32,000 nt of DNA. Origin: Raphidiopsis brookii D9 (lineage in GTDB: Bacteria; Cyanobacteriota; Cyanobacteriia; Cyanobacteriales; Nostocaceae). The stretch covers positions 270,001-302,000 of the forward strand of contig ACYB01000035.1 of the NCBI GenBank assembly GCA_000175855.1. The letters are read 5' to 3'. The notes under the pieces were generated by a model, which was not told the DNA's origin, ran no database searches, and was given only the letters and a program-made list of their open reading frames with translations. Positions 1 to 9,638 of the stretch are shown piece after piece (positions within the stretch are counted from its first letter, which is position 1; each line of letters opens with the position of its first letter). The translations under genes and the position numbers were made by a program.

Positions 1-349
1 ACATCAAAGAGCGAAGAATGGGTATATTCAGTATGTAGAAGACTGAAAACAGAACCCGTGCTGTCAAGTAGGCGATCGCCACGTACAGTGCCAATTGAGA
101 ATCCACTCCTGTTACATAAGCCATAAGAGCTGCAGTACCGTAAATCATGAAAGACTCAAAACAATTCTGATGGGCCCAGGTGGCTCTGCGTGCGTATGGT
201 GGTAACTTATCAAACATAGAGCGGGGAGCGGACATGTCATAACCCACTTTTACCCTGGCATAGGCTACTAGTAGATACGGAAGATAAATTGTAACTGCAG
301 CTAATGGGATGGAATACAGTAAGGTGGAAGGAACTGGAAGATTTAGCAT
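1..349 (-). CDS. MAPEG-family integral membrane protein (N-terminal part; the gene runs off the window start)
   Basis: Own translation of the minus strand from the ATG at 349-347 stays open to position 1: MLNLPVPSTLLYSIPLAAVTIYLPYLLVAYARVKVGYDMSAPRSMFDKLPPYARRATWAHQNCFESFMIYGTAALMAYV... The hydrophobic helices and the R-x-H-x-N-x-x-E-x-F pattern are typical of bacterial MAPEG proteins. It is absent from the ORF track because it is partial. Confidence 0.6.
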   Translation of the reverse strand, partial: MLNLPVPSTLLYSIPLAAVTIYLPYLLVAYARVKVGYDMSAPRSMFDKLPPYARRATWAHQNCFESFMIYGTAALMAYVTGVDSQLALYVAIAYLTARVLFSVFYILNIPILRSLM

Positions 350-437
350 TTAATTAAGATAAGATAAAGTACTGAATTACACAGTGGTATCGGAGATGTC
401 TATTAATTCTCCATTTTAAACCGTGCGATCGCCCTCC

Positions 438-1133
438 TTAAATATTGCCATAAACGGGAATAGTCGCACCTCGGATATCACCAGCAGCTTCCGAAGCCAA
501 AAAACAAATTATCTGGCCAATGGATTCGGGTTTCACCCATTCGCCAGCTTTTTCCACACCCATTGCCTCTCTATTCGTGGGTGTATCAATAACACTAGGT
601 AAAACCGTATTGGCAGTGATATTAGTGCCCCTAGTTTCATCAGCTATAGCCTTAGTTAGAGCTATCACAGCGGCTTTAGAGGCAGAATAAGCTGCTAAGT
701 TGGCAACAGGGTCTAAACCAGCACGAGAACTAACGGTAACAATACGCCCATAACCATTCTCTAGCATTCTTTTTAAACTATACTTACAGGTTAAGAAAGT
801 TGTGTAAACATTTAATTCAAATTGATGTTTCCAGTCATCAAAACTGCACTCATGGGTTTTACCATAATAAAAACCACCGACTAAATTAATTAAGACATCA
901 ACTCTAGTCATGCTATTAACTAGTTCTTCCACCGACAAATCGCTTTCAAGATTTACGGGAACAAATTTAATCCTGGCGATATCCGCAGGAGCTAAAACTG
1001 CTTTCAATCTTTCAACATGGCTAAGATTGCGATAGGGTATAGTGAGGTATGCGCCTTGGGCTAAAACTGTGGGTGTAACGCCTAAACCTAGTCCACTCGT
1101 TCCACCCGTTAGTAAAACTTGTTTTCCTTTCAT
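438..1133 (-). CDS. SDR-family (short-chain dehydrogenase/reductase) oxidoreductase
   Basis: 231-aa ORF with the N-terminal Rossmann motif TGGTSGLG and the catalytic Y-x3-K motif (YSASK). The length fits classical SDRs. The substrate cannot be inferred. Confidence 0.8.
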   Translation of the reverse strand: MKGKQVLLTGGTSGLGLGVTPTVLAQGAYLTIPYRNLSHVERLKAVLAPADIARIKFVPVNLESDLSVEELVNSMTRVDVLINLVGGFYYGKTHECSFDDWKHQFELNVYTTFLTCKYSLKRMLENGYGRIVTVSSRAGLDPVANLAAYSASKAAVIALTKAIADETRGTNITANTVLPSVIDTPTNREAMGVEKAGEWVKPESIGQIICFLASEAAGDIRGATIPVYGNI

Positions 1134-1536
1134 GGAAAATTTCTCCAGATACTTTTTTGCTAACTAAAGTTAACAAATACATAATTTAAGGGTAAACCTT
1201 AACCAAGGACTATCAGCCATTGCACGAAGATAAATTCCTCCTCGTTTTACTCTAGCACTAGTTGCCAAAAATTAGCAAGTGGAAGTCTACTGAGGGATAA
1301 CCGCTCCCATGCTCCCGTTGAAGTAGAAAGTAAAGTCTAGTTTTGTCTAGGTTTTATATAGCAGTAAGAAAACCACAGGAATTAGTTTGGGATTAATTAT
1401 TAGGATCCTCGCTTATTGAGCTAATATCCGTCCCATCCTTTTATAATGAAAATTTGCACTTCATGTAAGTTGTAAGCGACAACTAACAAGAAAGTGAATG
1501 GAGGAAAAAACAGAGATATTATAAGGTAAAAATTCC

Positions 1537-2857
1537 ATGTCAATATTTAACACAGCCATACTTTATGACATTGAAAATCTCACTAAGGGCTATAGCTTTT
1601 CTAAAGACTTTATCAAAGAATTATCATTAAAACAGATATATCGCCAAATTCTGGAGGTAGACATTGTTAATAAAATTTGTTTACAGAGAGCTTATGCGAA
1701 TTGGAGTGACCATAGATTAAGTTTGCTCAGGGGAGAAATTAACGAATTAGGTATAGACCCAATTCAAATTTTTGGATTCGCACGTTATCACAAAAAAAAT
1801 GCTGCTGATATTCAACTAGTAGTTGATACCATGGATATAACTATTCGTTTTCCCCATATTGAAGTGTACGTAATTGTATCCGGGGATGGAGGTTTTGCTT
1901 CTCTAGCAAAAAAATTAACATGAGTATGGTAAACAAGTTATTGGGTGTGCCTACGAGAATGCAGCTAATGATATTTTTAAATCGGTATGTGATTACTTTA
2001 TAAAACTAGAACTTCCCGAAGAATATTCTCCAGAAGATATCAACACAGATCCTAAAAATACAACCTTTGGTAATAATAAAGGGTTAGGCATTGGCATAAC
2101 TCATCCTTTGGTGGTTAGGATGGCAAACAATATTCAGCCCATTTATCAAGCAGATAAGAAAACTATTTTTTCTCATGGTCAAAAAATTATTAGTTGGTTT
2201 GGCCAAGATCCAGAATCCAGAAAACAAATGTATGGTCACGGAATTCCTCTTTCTACTGTCAGGGAAGCCTTCAAATATGCCATACCAGAATTCAAACCAG
2301 AAATGGTAGGCTTCATGAGATTTGCAGAATTCCTGCAATTTATTTGTGCAAATACAGAATTCTGTGTGGGAACTCTTCCACCATCAAACACACTACTAGT
2401 TTTTAGAAACTCTATTCCTAATGGGGTGGTTATACTCCTAGATATATTAAATCAGGATTTACACACACCAGAACGCTATCAGAGCTTACTAGCTAGTGGT
2501 AAACCTAGAATCACCATTGAGGACAAATACAGTTTAGAAACATTTGTTGATACTTTGATGTCAAAACGTGATATACTAATGAATATCTCTGAAATATTGG
2601 ATATTTTTAGTCAGGAGCTTCCTGATTTTGAAAGTAATAAGCTGAATAATCTCTGTTTATCTTTAATTCACTGTAATATTTTGAAAGGATACCCAGAAGA
2701 CGAGAACATATCAGAGCAAAAATTTCACATTAGCCAGGATTTTAAAGACACAGCACAAATTTTGGAACATGTAAAACAAACAAGTCTAAATAAACTAATT
2801 TCCATCCTGGTTGATGACTTCAAAAGTGATGTTTTTAAAGAGGTTATTCCGTTTTAA
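1537..2857 (+). pseudogene. NYN (LabA-like) domain protein with an OST-HTH/LOTUS-like domain, split by a 1-nt frame change at about 1917-1920
   Basis: ORF 1537-1923 encodes an NYN fold (ILYDIENL...KKNAADIQLVVD...VIVSGDGGFASLAKKL) that stops mid-domain. The other frame opens at 1919 and continues the same domain (HEYGKQVIGCAYENAANDIFKSVCDYFIKLE), running directly into ORF 2108-2857. That ORF contains an OST-HTH-like stretch (GIPLSTVREAFKYAIPEFKPEMVGFMRFAEFLQFI). Removing one A at 1917/1918 gives a single ORF of about 440 aa. Confidence 0.75.
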
Positions 2858-3199
2858 CGCACATTTTCCTAACCATCCCCACTTTGCGATGGCTGATAGT
2901 GATGGGCAGAATTGTAAACAAACTGCTTAGAAGCTCTTGCCTATTCAGTGAGTAAGTCCCACTTTGGTTGTTTAGTTCCATCCTCCGTTTGTACTTCCTC
3001 TGTCATTCCTTGCAAAAAAGCTTGTAAAAACTTTTTTCTTCCTGAATTATTCAAATTAGAGAAATCCAACATAATCCAATGGAAACCTCTTGAAGTTTGA
3101 CCATTTGTCGTTTGACTAATGGAAAACAGTCCCAATAAAATAAACGAGGGAATTTCACTGAAGTCCCAAATTAAAAATTTGCCGAGAGGAGAAACACAG

Positions 3200-3538
3200 A
3201 TGAAGAGAATTATTTCCGTATTGCTACTGGGTATTGCAATTTTCACACTTACCTTCACCAATTCAGCTTTAGCAGTAGATGCAACAATTGGGGCAAGTGT
3301 ATTTAAAGCTAATTGTGCCCAATGTCACATTGGTGGTAAGAATTTGGTTAATGCAGCTAAGACTCTCAAGAAAGAGGCTTTAGAAAAGTATGGTATGTAC
3401 TCCCAAGAAGCCATTGTTACACAAGTTACAAAGGGTAAAGGTGCTATGCCCGCATTCGGTAAGAGACTGAAACAGAATCAAATTGAGAATGTGGCAGCTT
3501 ATGTACTAGAACAAGCGGGTAAAGGCTGGAAGAATTAG
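3200..3538 (+). CDS. petJ: cytochrome c6 precursor
   Basis: Signal peptide [25 protein letters not shown], then the haem motif CAQCH and the [12 protein letters not shown]...NVAAYVL pattern, closely resembling Anabaena PetJ. I prefer the ATG at 3200, preceded by GAGAGGA at 3184-3190, over the track start at 3119. Confidence 0.9.
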   Translation: MKRIISVLLLGIAIFTLTFTNSALAVDATIGASVFKANCAQCHIGGKNLVNAAKTLKKEALEKYGMYSQEAIVTQVTKGKGAMPAFGKRLKQNQIENVAAYVLEQAGKGWKN

Positions 3539-3685
3539 GTTTATTGCTAGTAAACTAAATTACCATTAACGGTATTCTTCGCTCAAACATCTCCTATTGG
3601 CAATTGTGTCAGTCTAGGAGAGCTCATTTATAAACTATTCAACAAATCTCTGTCTCTTCAGAGCTAGGAAGCTTAATATCTAAGT

Positions 3686-4759
3686 ATGGCATCTTCAAGG
3701 ATAGTTTTCAAACAGCGAGAAAAAGAAGCCAAGTCACTAAAATCTTTTTTGATGTACAGTGTCATGGCCTCTTTCGTAATACATATTGGTTTGATAGGAT
3801 TGGTTTTTGGGGAATTATTACGGAAATTTAAACAAGAGAATCCACAGGTAGTTGAACTGGAAATTATTGAGGAACCTATAAAGCAAACAGTGACCAAACC
3901 ACCAGAAATGAAAATCTCGGTAACCCGGGGCAAATCGGGTAGTCTAGGTAGTGGAAAGATAACTAGTAATAAAAACTTTAAGGTTCCCATACTCAGGGCC
4001 ACTTTCCCTAGAATGGATAATGCTATTCCTGAACCCAAGGATTTAAATAAGGGGGATTCTGTTGTCAAATATCCACTGAGTTTAACTACTCCTCCGGTCA
4101 CAACAAGAAGATTAGGGTCAAAAATTGTTCACATTACTAAGGTAAAAGATCAGATAAGTCAAAGACCAAATCCTCAAATAATAACACCAAAAGTTATACA
4201 AACAGAAGCTACACAACCTGTACTAACGAATACCGGTGACAATAAGTTGCAGACTCCACAATCAACAACCATCACTGATGGAAACACCCAAAATACAACC
4301 ATCGGTGCAACTGATGGAAATAATAATATTCCCCCAGGTGATGAAGTTGGAAATGGTAATGCAGTTGAAAATGGTGATGGAGTTGGAAATGGTAATGCAG
4401 TTGGAAATGGTAATGCAGTTGGAAATGGTGATGGAGTTGGAAATGGTGATGGGGTGGAGAATACAAAAAAGCCAGAGGAGACACCAACCCCTAAAGCGAG
4501 TCCAAACAGCGGTGCCAATCTAAATCCTCGTGTAGATTGTATCCAATGCCCACCCCCCAAATACCCGGAGGGAGCTAAAAGACGGGGTAGAAGTGGCACG
4601 AAAACTACGGTTCATTTAATTCTAGACGCAGATAGTAATGGTAATATTACTTCTGTAAGTGTGGGTCGTTCCAGTGGTGATAATGAGCTGGATAAAGCTG
4701 CTAGGGAGGGGGTGCAAGAATGGAGGTTAAAACCTTTGGAGGGGGTAGAAGAGGGGTAA
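3686..4759 (+). CDS. TonB-like energy-transducer protein; the C-terminal strand probably continues in another frame to 4788
   Basis: N-terminal membrane anchor with an S-x3-H motif (SFVIH), a long low-complexity T/Q/P-rich linker, hexapeptide repeats, and a TonB C-terminal domain (PKYPEGAKRRGRSGTKTTVHLILDADSNGNITSVSVGRSSGDNELDKAAREGVQEWRLKP). Confidence 0.75.
   Translation: MASSRIVFKQREKEAKSLKSFLMYSVMASFVIHIGLIGLVFGELLRKFKQENPQVVELEIIEEPIKQTVTKPPEMKISVTRGKSGSLGSGKITSNKNFKVPILRATFPRMDNAIPEPKDLNKGDSVVKYPLSLTTPPVTTRRLGSKIVHITKVKDQISQRPNPQIITPKVIQTEATQPVLTNTGDNKLQTPQSTTITDGNTQNTTIGATDGNNNIPPGDEVGNGNAVENGDGVGNGNAVGNGNAVGNGDGVGNGDGVENTKKPEETPTPKASPNSGANLNPRVDCIQCPPPKYPEGAKRRGRSGTKTTVHLILDADSNGNITSVSVGRSSGDNELDKAAREGVQEWRLKPLEGVEEG
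4337..4462 (+). repeat. Seven tandem 18-bp units inside the TonB-like CDS, encoding G-[DN]-[EAG]-V-[GE]-N hexapeptides
   Basis: Read directly: GDEVGN GNAVEN GDGVGN GNAVGN GNAVGN GDGVGN GDGVEN. The DNA units are gttggaaatggtaatgca and gttggaaatggtgatgga. Confidence 0.9.
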
Positions 4760-4867
4760 CAACAAAAGTTAACTTTACCCTGCGTTAACTGCAAGTCCTA
4801 ATTAGTACCAAAGATAAACCACAAATGTGTTAATCTATCACCTTGAGAGATTCTTGAGGAAAAGAAA

Positions 4868-5941
4868 ATGTCAAAACTGAGGGTGGGGTTATTATTTGGT
4901 GGACGTTCTGGAGAACATGAAGTTTCAATAGTTTCTGCGGGAGCAATTGCCAAGGCCTTGACTACGGGAGAGAATAGTCAAAAATATGAATTGTATCCAT
5001 TTTATATCCAAAAGGATGGGGTATGGCAAGGGGAAGAAATAGCCAGAAAAGTCTTAGAATCGGGTTCAGCTCAAGAAAATAACCTTACCGGAGTCAATTT
5101 ATGGCAATTTCCTCAGCAATCTCCCCAAATTGATTTGTGGTTTCCCATACTTCATGGACCCAATGGAGAGGATGGAACTATTCAGGGATTACTCACCTTG
5201 ATGCAAGTACCTTTTGTGGGGTCTGGAGTTTTGGGATCAGCTATGGGAATGGATAAAATTGCCATGAAAACAGCCTTTGCCCAAGCGGGGCTACCCCAAG
5301 TCCAATACCAAACTGTTACTAGGAGCCAAATTTGGTCAAATCCCTGTGTGTTTCCTAAACTGTGCGACCAAATTGAAACCACCTTGGGTTATCCTTGCTT
5401 TGTCAAACCAGCTAATCTAGGTTCATCCGTAGGTATTGCTAAAGTACGCTCCCGTCAACAACTAGAAACTGCCCTAGACAGTGCTGCTACCTATGATAGA
5501 CGAATTATAGTTGAAGCTGGAGTGGTTGCTAGAGAAGTAGAATGCGCAGTTTTGGGTAATGACCATGCCCAAGCTTCTGTGGTTGGTGAAATCACTTTTA
5601 ATAGTGACTTTTACGATTATGAAACTAAATACACCCAGGGAAAAGCGAACCTGTTAATACCCGCACCCCTACCACAAACAATAGTTGAACAAATTCAAGA
5701 AATGTCCCTAAAAGCCTTTGCAGCAGTTGATGCTGCTGGTTTGGCCAGGGTAGATTTCTTTTATGTGGAGTCTACCGGAGAAATACTAATCAACGAAATT
5801 AACACCTTACCAGGATTTACATCCACAAGTATGTATCCCCAACTTTGGGCAAATACCGGAATTAGCTTTCCCCAACTAGTTGACCAATTGATTCAACTAG
5901 CAATTGAACGCCAACCAACCTCAGACCGATTGACAAATTGA
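4868..5941 (+). CDS. ddl: D-alanine--D-alanine ligase
   Basis: 357-aa ORF with the N-terminal motif [12 protein letters not shown], an ATP-grasp core ([17 protein letters not shown]) and C-terminal [15 protein letters not shown]. All are characteristic of Ddl. Confidence 0.92.
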   Translation: MSKLRVGLLFGGRSGEHEVSIVSAGAIAKALTTGENSQKYELYPFYIQKDGVWQGEEIARKVLESGSAQENNLTGVNLWQFPQQSPQIDLWFPILHGPNGEDGTIQGLLTLMQVPFVGSGVLGSAMGMDKIAMKTAFAQAGLPQVQYQTVTRSQIWSNPCVFPKLCDQIETTLGYPCFVKPANLGSSVGIAKVRSRQQLETALDSAATYDRRIIVEAGVVAREVECAVLGNDHAQASVVGEITFNSDFYDYETKYTQGKANLLIPAPLPQTIVEQIQEMSLKAFAAVDAAGLARVDFFYVESTGEILINEINTLPGFTSTSMYPQLWANTGISFPQLVDQLIQLAIERQPTSDRLTN

Positions 5942-6059
5942 TGAATTGAGGATAAAATGGGAGATTGACCATGATTATAAATCAATAGTGCAATCGCCGA
6001 CGTTATTATAGACGGGGGCGCGATAGAATTTGAAAGGAATAAATTTTGATAAAGGTCTA

Positions 6060-7043
6060 ATGGCAGAAACACTATTTTTCAACGCTCTGCGGGAAGCAAT
6101 TGACGAAGAAATGTCCCGCGATCCTAGCGTGTTTGTACTAGGCGAGGACGTGGGACACTACGGCGGTTCCTATAAAGTTACCAAAGACCTGTGTAAAAAG
6201 TATGGTGATCTGCGAGTCTTGGATACCCCCATCGCTGAAAATAGCTTTACCGGATTAGCTGTAGGTGCAGCCATGACGGGATTAAGACCTATAATCGAAG
6301 GTATGAACATGGGCTTTTTGCTCCTAGCATTCAACCAAATTTCCAACAATGCGGGAATGTTACGGTACACATCCGGTGGTAACTTTAAAATCCCCATGGT
6401 TATTCGTGGTCCGGGTGGAGTGGGTAGACAATTAGGAGCAGAACACTCCCAAAGACTGGAAGCCTACTTCCAAGCAGTTCCAGGCTTAAAAATTGTTGCT
6501 TGCTCCACACCCTATAACGCTAAGGGTCTATTAAAAGCGGCAATCCGGGATGATAACCCGGTGCTATTTTTTGAACACGTTTTGCTTTACAACTTAAAAG
6601 AAGATCTGCCCAGGGAAGAATACATCCTCCCCCTAGATAAAGCGGAGATAGTTCGTAAAGGAAAAGATGTAACTATTCTCACATATTCACGGATGCGTTA
6701 TCATGTAATGCAAGCGGTGAAAACTTTGGAAAAACAAGGATATGACCCAGAAGTTATTGATTTAATTTCTTTGAAGCCTCTTGACTTTGATACCATTGGT
6801 GCATCAATTCGCAAAACTCACCGAGTGATAGTAGTGGAAGAGTGTATGAGAACGGGAGGAATTGGAGCAGAACTAACCGCATCTATCAATGACAGATTGT
6901 TTGACGAACTGGATGCACCTGTATTGCGTCTCTCCTCCCAAGATATTCCCACACCTTACAACGGTAACCTAGAAAGGTTAACCATTGTTCAACCAGAACA
7001 GGTGGTGGAAGCAGTGGAAAAAATAGTCGCTTTGCAGGTTTAA
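6060..7043 (+). CDS. pdhB: pyruvate dehydrogenase E1 component, beta subunit
   Basis: Transketolase-like pyrimidine-binding and C-terminal domains ([21 protein letters not shown]...[11 protein letters not shown]...). The ATG at 6060 ([13 protein letters not shown]) gives 327 aa, so I prefer it to the TTG at 6030 used by the ORF track. Confidence 0.92.
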   Translation: MAETLFFNALREAIDEEMSRDPSVFVLGEDVGHYGGSYKVTKDLCKKYGDLRVLDTPIAENSFTGLAVGAAMTGLRPIIEGMNMGFLLLAFNQISNNAGMLRYTSGGNFKIPMVIRGPGGVGRQLGAEHSQRLEAYFQAVPGLKIVACSTPYNAKGLLKAAIRDDNPVLFFEHVLLYNLKEDLPREEYILPLDKAEIVRKGKDVTILTYSRMRYHVMQAVKTLEKQGYDPEVIDLISLKPLDFDTIGASIRKTHRVIVVEECMRTGGIGAELTASINDRLFDELDAPVLRLSSQDIPTPYNGNLERLTIVQPEQVVEAVEKIVALQV

Positions 7044-7072
7044 TATCTTAATTTTCAGGTTATAAACCGCTG

Positions 7073-7123
7073 AGATTGAGTGTCAGCAAATGCCAAAGAT
7101 ACTCAATCTTTCCTATCTTTTTT
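7073..7123 (+). terminator. Possible intrinsic terminator downstream of pdhB
   Basis: A 9-bp perfect stem (agattgagt 7073-7081 with actcaatct 7101-7109) is followed by a T-run at 7118-7123. The loop is long (19 nt), so this is tentative. Confidence 0.4.
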
Positions 7124-7163
7124 ATGAGTGTAATTTATGAGTGTAAACTAATTTTAGATTCCT

Positions 7164-8570
7164 ATGCAAAAATACAGATCCGTATTAGCCTTAATCATAA
7201 TTTTACTTGTTGCAGCAATAGCAGTAATTGTTAAAATTCCAGTCCCCTTGGGATTAGACTTGCAAGGGGGTTCTCAGTTAACAATTCAGGTGAAACCAAC
7301 AGAGGAAATCAAAGAAATTACAGAGAGGGAGCTGGAAGCAGTTAAAAAGGTTGTAGAAGGGAGAATTAATGGTTTAGGAGTTTCTGAACCGATCATCCAA
7401 ACCGTGGGCAAAGATAAGATTCTCGTCCAGTTACCTGGGGTAAATGACCCACAACAAGCAGAAAAGGTACTCGGTGGTACGGCACAATTAGAGTTTCGTC
7501 TACAAAAGCCAGATACGGAAACTTTGTTACAGAGTTTAAGAGTATCTCAACTGGATATAAAAAGTAAACAAGAAACTTTAAGAAAGAGCAAAGATGAAAA
7601 TGCCATTGCTGCAAATCAAGCGGAATTAAAGAAAAACTATCAGGCGATCGCCGAATTGTTTGCCAGCACGGATCCACCCCTAACAGGTAAATACCTGAAA
7701 GATGCTTATGGAGAGCCTACCCAAGGAAACAATTGGAACGTGGCCCTGCGTTTTGACAATGAAGGCGGGGTCTTATTTGCCGAGTTGACCAAACAATTGG
7801 CAGGGACTGGACGAGGAATTGGTATTTTTTTAGACAATGAGTTAATTAGTTCTCCTACTGTAGGAGTAGAGTTTGCAGCCACTGGTATCACTGGTGGGTC
7901 AGCAATTATTACGGGAAGATTCCAAGCGGAGGAAGCAAATAATCTAGGTGTGCAATTAAGAGGAGGGGCTTTACCCGTACCGGTAGAAATTGCCGAAAGA
8001 AGGACAGTAGGTGCTACCCTAGGTCAAGATAGTATTCAAAGTAGCATCTATGCTGGTATTGGGGGTTTAGCGCTAGTTTTAGTCTTTATGGTTTCATACT
8101 ACAGACTACCAGGATTAATTGCTGATATTTCCCTGATTATCTACTCCATTTTGACCTGGGCCACATTCTGTTTATTAGGAGTTACCCTTACCCTACCCGG
8201 TATAGCAGGTTTTATCCTAAGTATTGGGATGGCAGTAGATGCTAATGTACTAATTTTTGAGCGTACACGAGAGGAGTTAAGATCCGGTAAAACTCTTTAT
8301 AGATCTGTCGAATCTGGTTTTTACCGGGCATTTTCCAGCATTTTAGATAGCAATGTTACCACCTGGATTGCGTGTGCAGCCTTATTTTGGTTAGGTTCGG
8401 GATTGGTCAAAGGATTTGCTCTCACTTTAGCATTGGGGGTTGGGGTTAGCATGTTTACCGCCATTACCTGTAGTCGCACTCTTATGTTTTTAGCCATATC
8501 TTTTCCATCGTGGCGAAAACCGGCTTTGTATTGTCCCAAATTAGCAGATAGGACGGAGATAATTAAATGA
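7164..8570 (+). CDS. secD: protein translocase subunit SecD
   Basis: 468-aa ORF with an N-terminal TM helix, a large periplasmic domain (GLDLQGG...) and a C-terminal six-TM block ([15 protein letters not shown]). It overlaps secF by ATGA. Confidence 0.92.
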   Translation: MQKYRSVLALIIILLVAAIAVIVKIPVPLGLDLQGGSQLTIQVKPTEEIKEITERELEAVKKVVEGRINGLGVSEPIIQTVGKDKILVQLPGVNDPQQAEKVLGGTAQLEFRLQKPDTETLLQSLRVSQLDIKSKQETLRKSKDENAIAANQAELKKNYQAIAELFASTDPPLTGKYLKDAYGEPTQGNNWNVALRFDNEGGVLFAELTKQLAGTGRGIGIFLDNELISSPTVGVEFAATGITGGSAIITGRFQAEEANNLGVQLRGGALPVPVEIAERRTVGATLGQDSIQSSIYAGIGGLALVLVFMVSYYRLPGLIADISLIIYSILTWATFCLLGVTLTLPGIAGFILSIGMAVDANVLIFERTREELRSGKTLYRSVESGFYRAFSSILDSNVTTWIACAALFWLGSGLVKGFALTLALGVGVSMFTAITCSRTLMFLAISFPSWRKPALYCPKLADRTEIIK

Positions 8571-9523
8571 GATTACATGTTAACAAATGGCGAAATATCT
8601 GGTGGCTTTTTTCATCAGTAATTATTATTAGTGGGATCATATCCATGGTGATTTCTTGGCAAATACCCACAATTAAAGCTCCTTTGCGTCCCGGATTAGA
8701 TTTCATTGGTGGTACGCGGTTACAATTGGTCCGGGACTGTCAACAACCAGGTAATTGCAACCAACCTATAGATATCAACGTGGTGCGGGAAGTTGCCAAA
8801 GAGCAAGGTTTAGGGGAAAGTAGCATACAGTTAATTTCTGACAATGGGGAACAAAATGGCATCACCATTAGAACAAAAAACTTAGATACGGAGCAGCGTG
8901 TTAGATTACAAAGTGCCCTCAGCCAAAAAGTTGGTGTTTTCGACCCACAGAAAAACCAAATTGACGATGTAGGTCCAACCTTGGGGAGAGAACTGTTCAG
9001 GTCTGGAATTATTGCTTTAATAGTTTCTTTTATTGGGATTACAATTTACCTAGCGGTGAGATTCCAATGGGACTACGCAGTTTTTGCCATAATTGCCCTG
9101 CTACATGATATTTTGGTTACAGTGGGCATATTTTCCATTTTTGGTTTAGTTTTTGGTATAGAGGTAGATAGTTTATTTATCGTAGCACTGCTGACGATTA
9201 CAGGATTTTCCGTTAACGATACAGTTGTAATTTATGACCGGATCAGAGAAAATATAAAAGTCAATCCTCAGACACCCATTGATAGGATTGTGGATGACGC
9301 AGTGGATCAGACATTAACTAGGTCAATCAATACCACTCTAACTACCATGTTATCATTGGTGGCTATTTTTATATTTGGTGGAGAAACATTGAAATATTTT
9401 TCCCTGGCCTTGATTATTGGTTTTGGAGCGGGTGTATATTCTAGCATTTTTATTGCCAGTACCCTTTTAACCCTGTGGAGAGAAAGAAGCAGCGTTCAAA
9501 CCTACACCGAGATAGAAACTTAG
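8567..9523 (+). CDS. secF: protein translocase subunit SecF
   Basis: 318-aa ORF with the motifs GLDFIGGT and [17 protein letters not shown]. The start overlaps the secD stop (8567-8570 ATGA), which suggests translational coupling. Confidence 0.92.
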   Translation: MRLHVNKWRNIWWLFSSVIIISGIISMVISWQIPTIKAPLRPGLDFIGGTRLQLVRDCQQPGNCNQPIDINVVREVAKEQGLGESSIQLISDNGEQNGITIRTKNLDTEQRVRLQSALSQKVGVFDPQKNQIDDVGPTLGRELFRSGIIALIVSFIGITIYLAVRFQWDYAVFAIIALLHDILVTVGIFSIFGLVFGIEVDSLFIVALLTITGFSVNDTVVIYDRIRENIKVNPQTPIDRIVDDAVDQTLTRSINTTLTTMLSLVAIFIFGGETLKYFSLALIIGFGAGVYSSIFIASTLLTLWRERSSVQTYTEIET

Positions 9524-9529
9524 GTTTAC

Positions 9530-9552
9530 CTGGGGGAATTATGATCCCCCAG
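9530..9552 (+). terminator. Hairpin just after secF (possible terminator)
   Basis: Perfect 8-bp inverted repeat, ctggggga (9530-9537) with tcccccag (9545-9552), and a 7-nt loop. There is no adjacent T-run, so confidence is low. Confidence 0.3.
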
Positions 9553-9638
9553 AAATATTTCAACAAGTTTTTACCTTTTACAAATTCCCACGCGGAACTA
9601 CTATAGTCTATTCTATATTTCTTGTCAAGTCAACCTGG

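Noticed and set aside
1134-1536. Long (about 400 bp) divergent intergenic region between the SDR and NYN genes; examined for tRNA, sRNA, riboswitch or a small ORF
   Set aside because: I could identify no cloverleaf-compatible sequence, no conserved riboswitch core and no convincing hairpin with a T-run. It is probably just two divergent promoters. An sRNA cannot be excluded without expression data.
1915-1923. Programmed ribosomal frameshifting as the explanation for the NYN (1917-1920), TonB-like (4753-4756) and pfkA (27337-27341) frame changes
   Set aside because: The NYN and pfkA breaks need +1 shifts on contexts where the P-site tRNA cannot re-pair. The TonB-like break would need a -1 slip at a short G4 run that lies directly before the stop. 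None has a recognisable slippery heptamer or stimulatory structure. Only the A9 tract in the CheR gene has a plausible slippery context.
2941-3261. 106-aa minus-strand ORF upstream of and overlapping the petJ start
   Set aside because: It overlaps the petJ signal-peptide codons and RBS, has low-complexity composition and no recognisable motif. I treat it as a chance ORF in an AT-rich spacer. A small protein from its 3' half cannot be excluded, but it has no support.
4174-4599. ORFs on other frames or the opposite strand across the TonB-like repeat (4174-4599 minus, 4236-4523 plus, 4272-4487 minus), with striking periodic PFPT or HHHFQL sequences
   Set aside because: They are mirror products of the 18-bp tandem repeat and lie entirely within the better-supported TonB-like CDS. 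They have no independent start context or homology signal.
6030-6059. N-terminal extensions implied by the ORF track (pdhB TTG at 6030, DAHP synthase ATG at 10763, glk ATG at 13426, petJ ATG at 3119, CheR TTG at 20289)
   Set aside because: Internal ATGs give proteins that begin at the conserved family N-termini and have typical lengths. The extensions encode non-conserved, odd-composition peptides.
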